DNA from: Haliotis rufescens | Lineage: Eukaryota | NCBI RefSeq assembly: GCF_023055435.1 | Contig: NW_025964001.1 | Location: 39,804,001 to 39,868,000, forward strand | DNA: 64,000 bases | Direction: 5' to 3' | Shown: in pieces, positions 12,373 through 26,505 of the stretch | How the letters are laid out: each line of letters begins with the position of its first letter | How positions within the stretch are numbered: the stretch's first letter is position 1 | Notes under the pieces: generated by a model | Told to the model about the DNA's origin: nothing | The model's database searches: none | Seen by the model: the letters and a program-made list of their open reading frames with translations, nothing else | Translations under genes and position numbers: made by a program

Positions 12373-12589
12373 TGAAACTGTATCTCACTCATTCTCTTAT
12401 AATATTAACTATTACCGATGCTGGTATCTAAACTCGAAATGTCCTTGACGTAACGTCCGTGAGCAGGGAGTGACTGTATCTAACCATATATGTTTAGTGA
12501 CATAATTTGAGAAACTAAATACCATTCTTATGGCGATGTTCTAATTACATTAGACCCAATTTAACCTGTAAATTAAGTTCGACATATCA

Positions 12590-13320
12590 GCCATATTTTA
12601 TGTCCCTATTACCGATGACGTCCCAAACAGAGCTAGAGTTTGATATCACCATTACCGACGCCGTCCCCAACAGAGCTAGAGTTTGTTATCTCCATTATCG
12701 AAAGATCCCCCCCCCCCCCCCCCCCCCCCCCAAACAGGGCTAAAGTTTGATATCTCCTTGATCGACGATGTTACTAACAGAGCTTGCCTTTGATACCCCC
12801 CCCCCCCCCCCCGTGATCTATGACGTCACTAACAGAGCTAGAGTTTGATATATCCATTAACCATGTCGCGACTAAAAGAGCTAGGGTTTGATATATCTAT
12901 TATCGTTGATGTCACTAACAGAACTAGATTGTTTGATAGGCATTACTTAGAAGTTGGCGAATGATAAGGTAGACACAGATTTGACAACGGTATAAGGATC
13001 TATACTGAAACGTCGCTTTCTACAGTATTAAAGAAGTTAATATCCATAAATTGTGTCTACCTTCACAGAGCTAGAGTTTGATATATTTATTATCGATGAT
13101 GTCACTAACAGAACAAGAGTTTGATATATCCATTATCGATGACGTAACTAACAGAGCTAGAGTTTGATATATCTATTATCGATGACGTAACTAACAGAGC
13201 TGGAGTTTGATATATCCATTAAGGATGACGTCACCAACAGAGCTAGAGTTTGTTATCTCCATTATCAATGACGTCAATAACATAGCTAGTGTTTGATATC
13301 TCTGTTATCGATGAAGTCGC
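12590..13320. repeat. Degenerate minisatellite, about 43-bp unit, with poly-C expansions
   Basis: Unit aacagagctagagtttgatatatccattatcgatgacgtcact. Confidence 0.9.
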
Positions 13321-13359
13321 GCAAGTGTAAGTATCACCTTTATCAGTGAATCTGCCATA

Positions 13360-13534
13360 CAGTAAACTACGTTTATAACGAACACGCTTATAACGAACTG
13401 ACCGATATAAAAAACTTATTTTTTAGTCCCGGCCATTTGTTGAATATATGCTGTATATATGCTTATAACGAACTACGGTAATTACGAACTGAACTTAGTG
13501 GTCCCTATGAGTTCGTTATAACCGTAGTTTACTG
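13360..13534. mobile_element. pogo/Tigger-like (Tc1/mariner) MITE
   Basis: TIRs cagtaaactacg(t/g)ttataacgaac / gttcgttataaccgtagtttactg with TA on both sides. Confidence 0.92.
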
Positions 13535-13579
13535 TACTTAGTTTAAGGCATTAACCCTATCGATGAATGCACTAGAAGA

Positions 13580-13800
13580 ACCCACGTGGAGATTCAGGGT
13601 TAGAAGTGTTCTCCAGTAGCCTATATTTAGCGTTAGAGGGACTACGTATTTACCGTTAGAGGCAACTAAATGGATCAGGTGGTCATGCTGGTTGGCTTGG
13701 GTGATTGCATGTCATCGCATCCCGATGGCTTCGGGTGTTGTTCAAGACATCATAATGTCAATCACTTGATTGTCTGGTCCTGACTCATGTGCTTTCAGAT
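13580..13800 (+). mobile_element. Family C, old diverged copy
   Basis: Head tggagattcagggttagaagtgttctccag and body atgtcaatcacttgattgtctggtcc. Confidence 0.75.
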
Positions 13801-14949
13801 TGTGTGTTTAATATCATTATTATCCAACACGTCAATATTTCACATTCTTAACGGTGTTACCGTTAACATAACGGTAATTCCTCTTTTGAATTATATACTT
13901 TGATTATAGTATGTAACAGTTAAGTGAGATTGTTTTTCTAACAAAAACTCAGCGTCACATGTGACGTAGTTACATCCACAACTGGCTCTATCCGGCTATG
14001 TCCGGATAAATCCAGTAGTGCACTCGTTTACAATTGAATCTCCGTGTCTATCAAATCACTTAAGTGATAAGTGACAAGCTAGTTTACACGCTAATCATCT
14101 TTTTTCTTCCATATGTTAATCATTTGTCTTCGCAAGAAATCTGTGACACGGTGCCACAACTGTTTCTCTCTTGCGCGCCGTTTTTCTCGAGTATTAAAAG
14201 CCCATATTTCATAAAATTACTTCCTCGTATCACGTGACAGTTAACTCCTTAAACTTTTCAGAAATCTTTCATCGAAAGAATGTATCCGCGTTTGTCGGGA
14301 AATTAAAAAAAAAGTACAGCTGGAAGACAATAAAAAACTGAAATACTTTTAAAAAGTTGTGTGTTCGAGCCAATCACGAGGCTGGGGACGAAGCGAGCCC
14401 GTCATTCGATGGACGGCTACAGGGCAAATTGTATTCTAGTCCGCAATCAGCTGGCCGAGTGAGGCGGATCGATCGCTGAATCTGACCAGCCTTAGCACGT
14501 GGACACGCAAAAAACAGGATACCGAGGAGGAAAAAACGAAAAGATTTTTGTGATGGGGCTATAGTTGATTAGATCGCGGCAGTGGATATTTGCACATGGT
14601 AACATTTGACAAGTTGTTGGAAAGAGGCGCCGTCCATCGTCAGCCGTAGAGAAAAAATCTCAGACGGCAAATGTCCGCGAGACATTTAAATCATCTGAAA
14701 GTTCAGTGTATCCAAATGTACTTCGCCGATCGAGTGAAAGGGGATTTGAAAAGGAAATTTTTTTACGACGTTGAATAAAAACAGAAAGCAGTTGTTTGCG
14801 ATGCCAAAAGTGATTACGTGAATATTTTTGAGAACTGAAATGGGAAAAGGACTGCTTCTCAGCTTGTCTGTTGATGATAGTGGTATATTTGCAATGTACA
14901 CCATAAGCAGAAAACATTATATCTTTTTGGTCTTTTAGGCGAATTATGT

Positions 14950-17490
14950 AAGATAGATAGATGATGGTAGGCGGAGTATGTGAAAAAAAGATGATGGTAG
15001 GCCGGGTATGTGAGATACAGATGGTGGTAGGCGGGGTATGTGAGATACAGATGAAGGTAGGCGGGGTATATGAGATACAGATGAAGGTAGGCGGTGTATG
15101 TGAGATACAGATGGTGGTAGGCAGGGTATATGAGATACAGATGATGGTAGGCGAGGTATGTGAGATACAGATAAAGGTAGGTGGAGAATGTGAGATACAG
15201 ATGATGGTAGGCAGGGTATATGAGATACAGATGAAGGTAGGTGGAGAATGTGAGATACAGATGAAGATCGGCGGGGTATGTGAGATACAGATAAAGGTAG
15301 GTGGAAAATGTGAGATACAGATGAAGGTCGGCGGGGTATGTGAGATACAGATAAAGGTAGGTGGAAAATGTGAGATACAGATGAAGGTAGGCGGGGTATG
15401 TGAGATACAGATGAAGGTAGGCAGGGTATATGAGATACAGATGATGGTAGGCGAGGTATGTGAGATACAGATAAAGGTAGGTGGAAAATGTGAGATACAG
15501 ATGAAGGTAGGCGGGGTATGTGAGATACAGATGGTGGCAGGCGGGGTATGTGAGATACAGGTGATGGTAGGCGGGGTATGTGAGATACAGATAAAGGTAG
15601 GTGGAGAATGTGAGATACAGATGAAGGTAGGTGGAGAATGTGAGATACAGGTGATGGTAGGCGGGGTATGTGAGATACAGATGAAGATCGGCGGGGTATA
15701 TGAGATACAGATGAAGGTAGGTGGAAAATGTGAGATACAGATGAAGGTAGGCGGGGTATGTGAGATACAGATAAAGGTAGGTGGAAAATGTGAGATACAG
15801 ATGAAGGTAGGCGGGGTATGTGAGATACAGATGGTGTTAGGCAGGGTATATGAGATACAGATGATGGTAGGCGGGGTATGTGAGATACAGATAAAGGTAG
15901 GTGGAGAATGTGAGATACAGATGAAGGTAGGTGGAGAATGTGAGATAAAGATGAAGGTCGGCGGGGTATGTGAGATACAGATGAAGGTCGGCGGAGAATG
16001 TGAGACACAGATAAATGTAGGCGAGGTATGTGAGATACAGATAAAGGTAGGTGGAGTATGTGAGATACAGATAAAGATAGGTGGAGTATGTGCGATACAG
16101 ACGAAGGTAGGTGGAGTATTGAGATACAGATGATGGTAGGCGGGGTATGTGAGATACAGATGAAGGTAGGCGGGGTATGTGAGATACAGATGATGGTAGG
16201 CGGGGTATCTGAGATACAGATGAAGGGGGGCGGTATATGTGAGATTCAGATGATGGTAGGCGGGGTATCTGAGATACAGATGAAGGTGGGAGGAGAATGT
16301 GAGATAAGGATGATGGTAGGAGGAGTATGTGAGATAGGGATGATGGTAGGCTGAGTATGTGAGATATAAATGATCGTAGGCGGGGTATGTGAGATACAGA
16401 GAGTTGTGGGCGTGGTATGTGAGATATAGATGATGGTAGACGGAGTATGTGAGATCCAGATGATGGTAAGCCTGGTATTTGAGATAAAGATGATGGTAGG
16501 CGGAGTATGTGAGATACAGATGGTGGTAGGCGTGGTATGTGAGATAATACGATGGTAGGCGGGGTATGTGGGATACAGATGGTGTGGGCGGAGTATGTGA
16601 GATACAGATGGTGGTAGGCGTGGAATGTGAGATGTAAAAGATGGTAGGCGGAGTATGTGAGATACAGATGAAGGTAGGCGGAGTATATGTGATACTGATG
16701 GCGGAGTATGTCAGATAGGGATGATGGTAGGCTGAGTATGTGAGATATAGATGGTAGTAGGCGGGGTATGTGAGATACAGATGGTGGTGGGTGGGGTATG
16801 TGAGATACAGATGGTGGTTGGTGGGGTATGTGAGATACAGATGGTGGTGGGCGGGGTATGTGAGATATAGATGGTGGTGGGCGGGGTATGTGAGATATAG
16901 ATGGTGGTGGGCGGGGTATGTGAGATACAGATGGTGGTGGGCGGAGTATGTGAGATATAGATGGTGGTAGGCGGGGTATGTGAGATAATACGATGGTAGG
17001 CGGGGTATGTGGGATACAGATGGTGTGGGCGGAGTATGTGAGATACAGATGGTGGTAGGCGTGGAATGTGAGATGTAAAAGATGGTAGGCGGAGTATGTG
17101 AGATACAGATGAAGGTAGGCGGAGTATATGTGATACTGATGGCGGAGTATGTCAGATAGGGATGATGGTAGGCTGAGTATGTGAGATATAGATGGTAGTA
17201 GGCGGGGTATGTGAGATACAGATGGTGGTGGGTGGGGTATGTGAGATACAGATGGTGGTTGGTGGGGTATGTGAGATACAGATGGTGGTGGGCGGGGTAT
17301 GTGAGATATAGATGGTGGTGGGCGGGGTATGTGAGATATAGATGGTGGTGGGCGGGGTATGTGAGATACAGATGGTGGTGGGCGGAGTATGTGAGATATA
17401 GATGGTGGTAGGCGGGGTATGTGAGATACAGATGGTGGTGGGCGGGGTATGTGGGATATAGATGATGGTAGGCGTGGTTTGTGAGATATG
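14950..17490. repeat. Minisatellite, 30-bp unit, about 85 copies, with a 441-bp higher-order duplication
   Basis: Unit gtgagatacagatgaaggtaggcggggtat; block about 16545-16985 repeated 441 bp downstream; explains ORFs in 14660-17509. Confidence 0.98.
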
Positions 17491-18962
17491 AGGCTAGTCG
17501 GTGTGACAATGGAAGTTGGGACTAGTCGGAGGGATAATGCTAGTCTGGGTTAGTCGGTGTTAGTGTACGTTGTGTGTAAACAGGTATTACTACCTTAAGC
17601 CGTAGTGATCCACTAATTTGCTGTGGATAAAAATACCTTTTAACAACTGTTATTTGATAAAAATATTCATTCTTGATAGATTTGATTAAACAGTCAACAA
17701 CATCAGAGAGATTTGTCAACATAGTGATACTATTCTGTCGCCGGGAGCGTCGCATCAGGGGACCTTTGTAAATGATTGACACTGAGCTATGCGTTATTCT
17801 AAAGGTCATATTCCGGCTTGCATAGAGGTCACAGAAACATTTGTCTGAAAATCGCATCTATCAGATTTCTTCACGAGATGAGGCATACGGCGAGAAGCGA
17901 TAGCAGATTATATGCTGAAATTGCATTCAGTGAAAGTGATAAGGGGCATTACGTCTCATATTGACGTTCATCTATATTGAATCACCAACTAACCCAGCAT
18001 GGGCAGATCCTCTTCTGGCCAACTTTATCGACCAGTATAGCCTGTTGGCACCCTCACAAAACCAAGTCTTGGACTAAAAAACTTATCGATTGATTGTCAC
18101 CCTGTCCAGTGCTTTCGGCCTTGCAGAGCCTGATTTGAATTACATCAGCACAACTAGCCACGTCGGTCTACCGCACGCGCACTTCCGGAACTAAGACACT
18201 CGTCTCCCTCGGGGTCAGTACTCGAGATGTCCATCTTTGCATAATTTCAGAATTAATTTACTTCTCTAGAAGGAAGATTTGTGATCGACTAGAATAGCTT
18301 TCCTTCAGGATTACTGATTGACAAAAACATTACGCAACATTTTCTCCGCACTCACACCCTCGATAGATTCGGACCAATATCTCGCGGAGACTGTTTCGTG
18401 GACTTAACGCCGGTCAAAACGACGAGCTTAGGGCAGATTTCTTCCCCATATCGCCATTAGTGTAAAGGCAGTTATCTGTTGAAAACCTTCAAATTCCGCC
18501 GAGTTGCATTAGATGAGATGTGAGATTGTAGAACAGTGCAGAAGGCAGGTCTATTTTCAATTATCTGGCCTTGAATACTGCGTTACAGTAAGAACGTACG
18601 AGGTCACATGTGGTCAATATGTGTTGTGATGACGGGGAGTGTACACATACGAGAGTACAATATACAATTAATGTTTGGACATTCCATTAACAAATTGCGC
18701 GCCATGCACTAAAGTTAGAGAACTTACCGTTACTTCGGAAATTGTCTAACTGGACTGACATATCGACTACTTAAATTAATGAATTAATTTGAATTCGTTA
18801 CAAGTTTTGTCGAGTCTGGAATCTTTGTGGAAAGGGGGAACGAGTCGGACTTATTGGCAGTCCAAGCACATTTGGTTCTAGTCCCTCCAATAGACTTTCT
18901 AGTTCAAATCTTAGGATGTATATCAATTTAAAAGTTGATGATTACCTTCATTATAGAAACAA

Positions 18963-19100
18963 GGGGGCTGTAGTGTAGCCTAGTGGTTAAAGCGTTCGCT
19001 CGTCACGTCGAATGCCGGGTTCGGACCCAACATGGGTACAATGTGTGACGCCGCGATATTACTGTAATAATGCTAAAAGCGGCATAAAACCATACTCACC
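18963..19100 (+). mobile_element. SINE family A, internally deleted
   Basis: tagcctagtggttaaagcgttcgctcgtcacg...gctaaaagcggcataaaaccatactcac. Confidence 0.88.
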
Positions 19101-19937
19101 CATTGAGACACTGTCTCAGGTTCTGAAGTAGTATTAACTACTGATGCAAAATACAGGCCCTAAACGTGGAACACAGTGCCCCTTTAAACATTACTCGGTT
19201 CAGAACACATGCTTGAATGTTCAATAAATCAATCAATTAGGTTCCGGGGCTAGCGAAAATATATCAAGTTTTCATGCCATACTGGCTTCCACGGGAGATA
19301 TCGCTTGAGTGAATTGCAGCAAAATTCTTTGCTGACTATTGTGACGTCATCGATTACCATGTCGTAACTTTTAAATGACATGACTAATCTATCTGCAACT
19401 GAAGCTAGTTAACTGTATTTTGTACACTACAAACGCTAAGTCGGAAGAATAATATTGAATGATACTTAGACTAGCACCCTGTGTTATTTGATATCAAAAC
19501 TCGTCGATAAAATTAAAAAATGGTTAAACTGTTATCGACTCATGTTAATATATTTAATTTACACCCCCCCCCCCCCCCCCCCCCCCAACAAAACACGCGG
19601 ATGTGATTCTCTAGCCACATGCCGATATCAAAACCATTCTGAGACCTTATTGTAGAATTGTCTTAAACGATATATTTAGGTTAAAACGGTAAGGCTAACG
19701 AAAATGAATACGCGGGGAATCGGGCAGAATAGATAGTCAGACTTGTCGCAAGAGCGGAATAACATAAAATCGTGTAGTTGCATTGTGTAAATGCATTGTA
19801 TTGACTCCGTTATATAGCTCGACTATCACTAAATACGGCGTAAAACAACACTCACTCATTCACCTTATTGCGTGTAATAACATTCGGCTAACTAAAATCG
19901 CACATGGCCAAAGCATAGGTTACAACAAACCGGTTCG

Positions 19938-20223
19938 GAGTGAGTGAGTGAGTGAGTGAGTGAGTGAGGTGTCACGCCTCTTTGAACAAGTTATTTCACA
20001 GTGTTTCAAATTGATGCGGGAGCAAAGCTCAAAGTAATGCGTAATGCGGAGTTTAGATTTGTACCAGTGCGATAAAACCCTCGGGCACGGGTATGGTGCT
20101 GAAAAGCCAAGGGTCATACAAAATGGGGAGAATGTGAGATTCGAACCCACTATCATAGCATCCTGGCAAACCTAAGGGACAAAACAAATTACGCCATAGG
20201 CCACTTCGCCATCTGTGTGCCCC
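19938..20223 (-). mobile_element. SINE family B, diverged copy
   Basis: (gagt)n tail, gcacgggtatggtgctga, gattcgaacccac. Confidence 0.8.
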
Positions 20224-21134
20224 ACACGACACAAATAACTTCCGTTGTTCTCTAATAATGTCTGACCTACCACGGTTACCTGTGAGACCACGTACCTTTA
20301 CACTGTTTGAAGTGTGAAATTATCAACAAACTTCGGGTCAAGATTATTTGCTGTCGCTAATCAGAAACAAATCGTAATAAGACAAAGCTTTCATCTCTGT
20401 TGACTATTTATTGACCTCCAACTAGCATCCCTGGGCTAGAAGATGAAGCCTTTCTTCTGGCCTTCTCAAATGATCCAGGTAATGACCAAATAACAACATA
20501 AAAAACTGGACGCTGCCTTTCAAAGTGACCGTTATCTTTGTTCGCAGTCCTCATTAAGCTGTTTTCTCCTTTCGTGCCGTAAGTCAAAAGTTCCAACAAA
20601 AAGCAAACGGACAAAAAGCTTCTTCTATGTTTTGATGGCGGCGAGGCGGTACGAGGTTTTGAGCTATTACTTTCAGAGCCGGGGGACGGAATTGAGGAAT
20701 CACAGAGATTCCATGCTGCTTGGGCCGCAGGTTCTTCAGGCCAGGACGCAGTGAAATTACCAACACAAGCAGTAATTTAAATATGCTTGATATGGAATTA
20801 ATAAAGAAAGTCATCCCACATTGTCAATTCCATGTCCTCGCAATTATTATAAGCCGGTGTCGTTGAAGAGTGGAGATTGCGTGGGGAAGATGTGAGATTC
20901 TGCCAATTAGCAGGAAAATGTCATAGGTTGCCGGACGTAACAGTCCCTTGGAGCGCCTTCACTGTACATGTATGACTGAATGGCGTTATTCTCGGGGTGG
21001 GGATGGAGAAGGAGAAGGGCACTGAATGGGCTGTCACTAGAGGTGATGGACGCTGAAAACAATACTAACTGGATTGCAATAGAACAATATTTACAGGACG
21101 GGAATTGGGGATAAGGTATATAAAACAGCACCAG

Positions 21135-21380
21135 TTGACTGGCATTTAGGTGGGATATTAAGTAAAATACTTACCGGACTGGCATTTGGGTGGGATATTA
21201 AGTAAAATGCTTACCGGACTGGCATTGGGGTGGGATATTAAGTAAAATACTTACCGGACTGGCATTTGGGTGGGATATTAAGTAAAATACTTACCGGACT
21301 GGCATTGGGGTGGGATATTAAGTAAAATACTTACCGGACTGGCATTTGAATGGGATATTAGGATGAATACTAACTGGACT
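21135..21380. repeat. Minisatellite, 40-bp unit, about 6 copies
   Basis: Unit gactggcatttgggtgggatattaagtaaaatacttaccg. Confidence 0.95.
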
Positions 21381-22511
21381 TGATTTCGGATGTGTTTATT
21401 GTAAAACCAATGGAATTGAAACATGGGGCAGAGTGTATATAGAACAATACGTAATAGACAGGCATCTGGTGTATGTGATATAAGCAAAATGCTATCTTTA
21501 CTGGCACCCCATTGGTAGATTTAGAACGAAATGCATAACGTTTGATCTCATAACCTATTTAAAATAGATGATATCGCCAGACGCCATCATCCCGAAGCCG
21601 ATTATTTCAGACGAGGGCTAATTCAAACAAGGAAACAACGACTGTGTGTTGTAACCACACAACTACCCCCACACGCCATATTGTTGATTAGATCACACTA
21701 CAACAATCAGCGCTCTAAGCCATTGGCCTAAATATGTAATAGAGGTGTACATTTTCAAGATGGCGGAAATTATACGCAATGGCGAAGGACTGACGGTGTC
21801 AGGGGGTTCAAATTGCACTAGAATCAAGTGAAGGAGGAAATTGTATGTGTTTATGTCGCTAGGGCCCGCGCGGACATCGTCCGTCCGCCCGTCTGCACCG
21901 CCCTCAAGATGTTTGCCCCCAACGACTTGCCAGTTACCGCCAAAACACAATATCGTCTGCTGGCCGGCACGTGGCGAGAGAGGGTCGGTGTTAAGTGAGT
22001 TATTCAAGTTCACAAGAAATGGCTAAGCTGTTGAAGGAGGCCGCCAGAAGTACTTACGTCCAGCAAAACAGCGCATGAAACCTTTATTTTGCCTCAGTGA
22101 CCGCCAACAGCTTCGTTCATGTGTCCTTGCATTGTTTTGATGCGCGAGGGAGGAACCTGTTTATTCTAGATGCATGGAGACCAAGGTGAAACGCCGTTAT
22201 AGTCTGCAGTAGCATGTTACTGATTCACAAATGCATACACAAGAACAATATTATGAGTGAGTGAGTGGGTTGAGTTTGAACAATATTATGATTATATTAT
22301 GAAATATCAGCTGAAGTTGGGAGGGAAGCCCAAAGGGACGCGGGTCGGAGACGTTTACCGCTTTGGTAAAAGCAACAAGCTGGATTTTGGTGCTGAATAA
22401 CCAAGGGTAACAATAGAAGCGAATCTGGGACGAAAAATATTATTATTATTTTAGATCATGGCGTCCTGCAAAGCTTGATGTGGACTGGAAGAAGACAAGC
22501 CAGTGGTAAAT

Positions 22512-22598
22512 TGATCATTATCATCATCATCATCATCATGCAGCAGCAAGTAGTAAAATGATCATATTCAGCAGCAGCAGTAACGCCAGTGTCAGCAT

Positions 22599-22631
<33 letters not shown>

Positions 22632-22652
22632 CGCCAGTGTCAGCATCAGCAT
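22512..22652. repeat. (CAT)n/(CAG)n compound microsatellite
   Basis: Trinucleotide runs with a duplicated gtaacgccagtgtcagcatcagc. Confidence 0.9.
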
Positions 22653-23164
22653 CTATGAACTACCAAATTAGGGTGCTTCTACCGACAAGTATGGGATACA
22701 AGGCCCGCTGTGTCCAGTGTTCAGACACTGAATATGTTGAAGCTGAGCATTGTGCATACCTTGATGGGACCTACTCAACGTCAAGAGGAGAGTCATTGCT
22801 TTCATGAGAGCCAGTGGTAGTTATTACAGTCCTAACACTATCTGTAAATTATCAATCACAGAAGTAAGCGTTGCGTTTGCAAAGTACCCAGTATCGTGCT
22901 TTTAGTTTTCACTTGAGGGCTGGTCTTAATATTCCAATAACTCCCGGGCTCGTGAACAATAATGGTATAATAGTAAACCAAAGTCCCATGTCTTCAGATG
23001 CAGGCGTCTCCTGATGAATCGAGGCCCAGGACACAGACAAATCAGGTCGTTCTATTCATTATTCACCTGTGTTACGTTGCTCGGGTATTGCAACTCGGTT
23101 GAAACATCATATAGGTAGCTATTGTCATGCAAAATATCAACAACGAGTTACTGGTGGTGGCACA

Positions 23165-26135
23165 ATGAGGCAGTCCCCAGTAGAAGGCTTGTGTAGGTCG
23201 CCAGTAGCAGGCAGTGTCCAATAGAGGGCTTGTGTAGGTCGCCAATGTCAGGCAGTGTCCAGTAGAGGGCTTGTGTAGGTCGCCAGTGTCAGGCAGTGTC
23301 CAGTATAGGGCTTGTGTAGGTCGCCAATGTCACGCAGTGTCCAGTAGAGGGCTTGTGTAGGTCGCCAGTGTCAGGCAGTGTCCAGTATAGGGCTTGTGTA
23401 GGTCGCCAGTGTCACGCGGTGTCCAGTAGAGGGCTTGTGTAGGTCGCCAATGTCAGGCAGTGTCTAGTAGAGGGCTTGTGTAGGTCGCCAGTGTCACGCA
23501 GTGTCCAGTAGAGGGCTTGTGTAGGTCGCCAGTGTCACGCAGTGTCTAGTAGAGGGCTTGTGTAGGTCGCCAGTGTCAGGCAGTGTCCAGTAGAGGGCTT
23601 GTGTAGGTCGCCAGTGTCACGCAGTGTCTAGTAGAGGGCTTGTGTAGGTCGCCAATGTCACGCAGTGTCCAGTAGAGGGCTTGTGTAGGTCGCCAGTGTC
23701 AGGCAGTGTCCAGTAGAGGGCTTGTGTAGGTCGCCAGTGTCACGCAGTGTCTAGTAGAGGGCTTGTGTAGGTCGCCAGTGTCAGGCAGTGTCCAGTAGAG
23801 GGCTTGTGTAGGTCGCCAATGTCACGCAGTGTCCAGTAGAGGGCTTGTGTAGGTCGCCAGTGTCACGCAGTGTCCAGTAGAGGGCTTGTGTAGGTCGCCA
23901 GTGTCACGCAGTGTCTAGTAGAGGGCTTGTGTAGGTCGCCAGTGTCAGGCAGTGTCTAGTAGAGGGCTTGTGTAGGTCGCCAATGTCACGCAGTGTCCAG
24001 TAGAGGGCTTGTGTAGGTCGCCAGTGTCACGCAGTGTCCAGTAGAGGGCTTGTGTAGGTCGCCAGTGTCACGCAGTGTCCAGTAGAGGGCTTGTGTAGGT
24101 CGCCAGTGTCACGCAGTGTCTAGTAGAGGGCTTGTGTAGGTCGCCAATGTCACGCAGTGTCCAGTAGAGGGCTTGTGTAGGTCGCCAGTGTCAGGCAGTG
24201 TCTAGTAGAGGGCTTGTGTAGGTCGCCAGTGTCACGCAGTGTCCAGTAGAGGGCTTGTGTAGGTCGCCAGTGTCACGCAGTGTCTAGTAGAGGGCTTGTG
24301 TAGGTCGCCAATGTCACGCAGTGTCCAGTAGAGGGCTTGTGTAGGTCGCCAGTGTCACGCAGTGTCTAGTAGAGGGCTTGTGTAGGTCGCCAGTGTCACG
24401 CAGTGTCCAGTAGAGGGCTTGTGTAGGTCGCCAGTGTCACGCAGTGTCTAGTAGAGGGCTTGTGTAGGTCGCCAGTGTCACGCAGTGTCCAGTAGAGGGC
24501 TTGTGTAGATCGCCAGTGTCACGCAGTGTCCAGTAGAGGGCTTGTGTAGGTCGCCAGTGTCAGGCAGTGTCCAGTAGAGGGCTTGTGTAGGTCGCCAGTG
24601 TCAGGCAGTGTCCAGTATAGGAAGGTTGCAGAAGGTCGCCGATGTCACGCAGTGTCCAGTAGAAGGCTTGTGTAGGTCGCCAGTGTCAAGCAATGTCCAG
24701 TATAGGAAGGTTGCAGAAGGTCGCCAGTGTCACGCAGTGTCCAGTAGAGGGATTGTGTAGGTCGCAAGTGTCATGCAGTGTCCAGTATGGGAAGGTTAAT
24801 GTAGGTCGGCAGTGTCATGCAGTGTCCAGTATAGGAAGGTTGCAGAAGGTCGCCGATGTCACGCAGTGTCCAGTAGAAGGCTTGTGTAGGTCGCCAGTGT
24901 CAAGCAATGTCCAGTATAGGAAGGTTGCAGAAGGTCGCCAGTGTCAAGCAGTGTCCAGTAGAGGGCTTGTGTAGGTCGCCAGTGTCAAGCAATGTCCAGT
25001 ATAGGAAGGTTGCAGAAGGTCGCCAGTGTCAGGCAGTGTCCAGTATAGGAAGGTTGCAGAAGGTCGCCAGTGTCAAGCAGTGTCCAGTAGAGGGATTGTG
25101 TAGGTCGCCAGTGTCATGCAGTGTCCAGTATGGGAAGGTTAATGTAGGTCGCCAGTGTCATGCAGTGTCCAGTATAGGAAGGCTACAAAAGGTCGCCAGT
25201 GTCAGGCAGTGTCCAGTATGGGAAGGTTAATGTAGGTCGGCAGTGTCAGGCAGTGTCCAGTAGAGGAAGGTTACAAAAGGTCGCCAGTGTCAGGCAGTGT
25301 CCAGTATAGAAAGGCTACAGAAGGTCGCCAGTGTCAGGCAGTGTCCAGTATAGGAAGGCTACAAAAGGTCGCCAGTGTCAGGAAGTGTCCAGTATAGGAA
25401 GGCTACAAAAGGTCGCCAGTGTCAGGCAGTGTCCAGTATAGGAAGGCTACAAAAGGTCGCCAGTGTCAGGAAGTGTCCAGTATAGGAAGGCTACAAAAGG
25501 TCGCCAGTGTCAGGAAGTGTCCAGTATAGGAAGGCTATAAAAGGTCGCCAGTGTCATGCAGTGTCCAGTATAGGAAGGCTACAAAAGGTCGCCAGTGTCA
25601 GGCAGTGTCCAGTATGGGAAGGTTAATGTAGGTCGGCAGTGTCAGGAAGTGTCCAGTAGAGGAAGGCTACAAAAGGTCGCCAGTGTCAGGCAGTGTCCAG
25701 TATAGGAAGGCTACAAAAGGTCGCCAGTGTCATGCAGTGTCCAGTATAGGAAGGCTACAAAAGGTCGCCAGTGTCAGGAAGTGTCCAGTATAGGAAGGCT
25801 ACAAAAGGTCGCCAGTGTCATGCAGTGTCCAGTATAGGAAGGCTACAAAAGGTCGCCAGTGTCAGGCAGTGTCCAGTATAGGAAGGCTACAAAAGGTCGC
25901 CAGTGTCATGCAGTGTCCAGTATAGGAAGGCTACAAAAGGTCGCCAGTGTCAGGCAGTGTCCAGTATAGGAAGGCTACAAAAGGTCGCCAGTGTCAGGAA
26001 GTGTCCAGTATAGGAAGGCTACAAAAGGTCGCCAGTGTCAGGAAGTGTCCAGTATAGGAAGGCTACAAAAGGTCGCCAGTGTCAGGCAGTGTCCAGTAGA
26101 GGAAGGCTACAAAAGGTCGGCAGTGTCAGGCAGTG
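23165..26135. repeat. Compound minisatellite: 41-bp unit (to about 24600), mixed zone, 44-bp unit (from about 25260)
   Basis: gtgtaggtcgccagtgtcacgcagtgtccagtagagggctt and aaggtcgccagtgtcaggcagtgtccagtataggaaggctacaa. Confidence 0.98.
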
Positions 26136-26474
26136 CCCGACAGCGTTAGCCCTCGGTAGTATGTGCAATCAGATATCTTCGGTGAGAAAATAGCCTCCAA
26201 TACCCGCCTCGGTCCCGGAGTCCCTTGTTGGGTAATAAAGTCCAGACGCGAAGAACATCGTAAAAAATATATTGACTTGAAGGAATAATATTGACTAGTA
26301 AAATATTGACTTGAAGGAATAATATTGACTAGTAAAGTATAAAAAACCCAAGAAATATCGAAAAGAATGTGGAATTTCTCTGTCGTCATCATCACAGCGC
26401 ATTTCCTGTTGTCCGCAAATGCGTTATGCACACGCTACACACACGCTATTCGGCGCCTGGAGGTTGGAAACAGT

Positions 26475-26505
<31 letters not shown>

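Noticed and set aside
14660-17509. 949-aa His/Tyr/Pro-rich ORF and overlapping ORFs
   Set aside because: The translation switches repeat register several times within the ORF, showing indels are tolerated; minisatellite artefact
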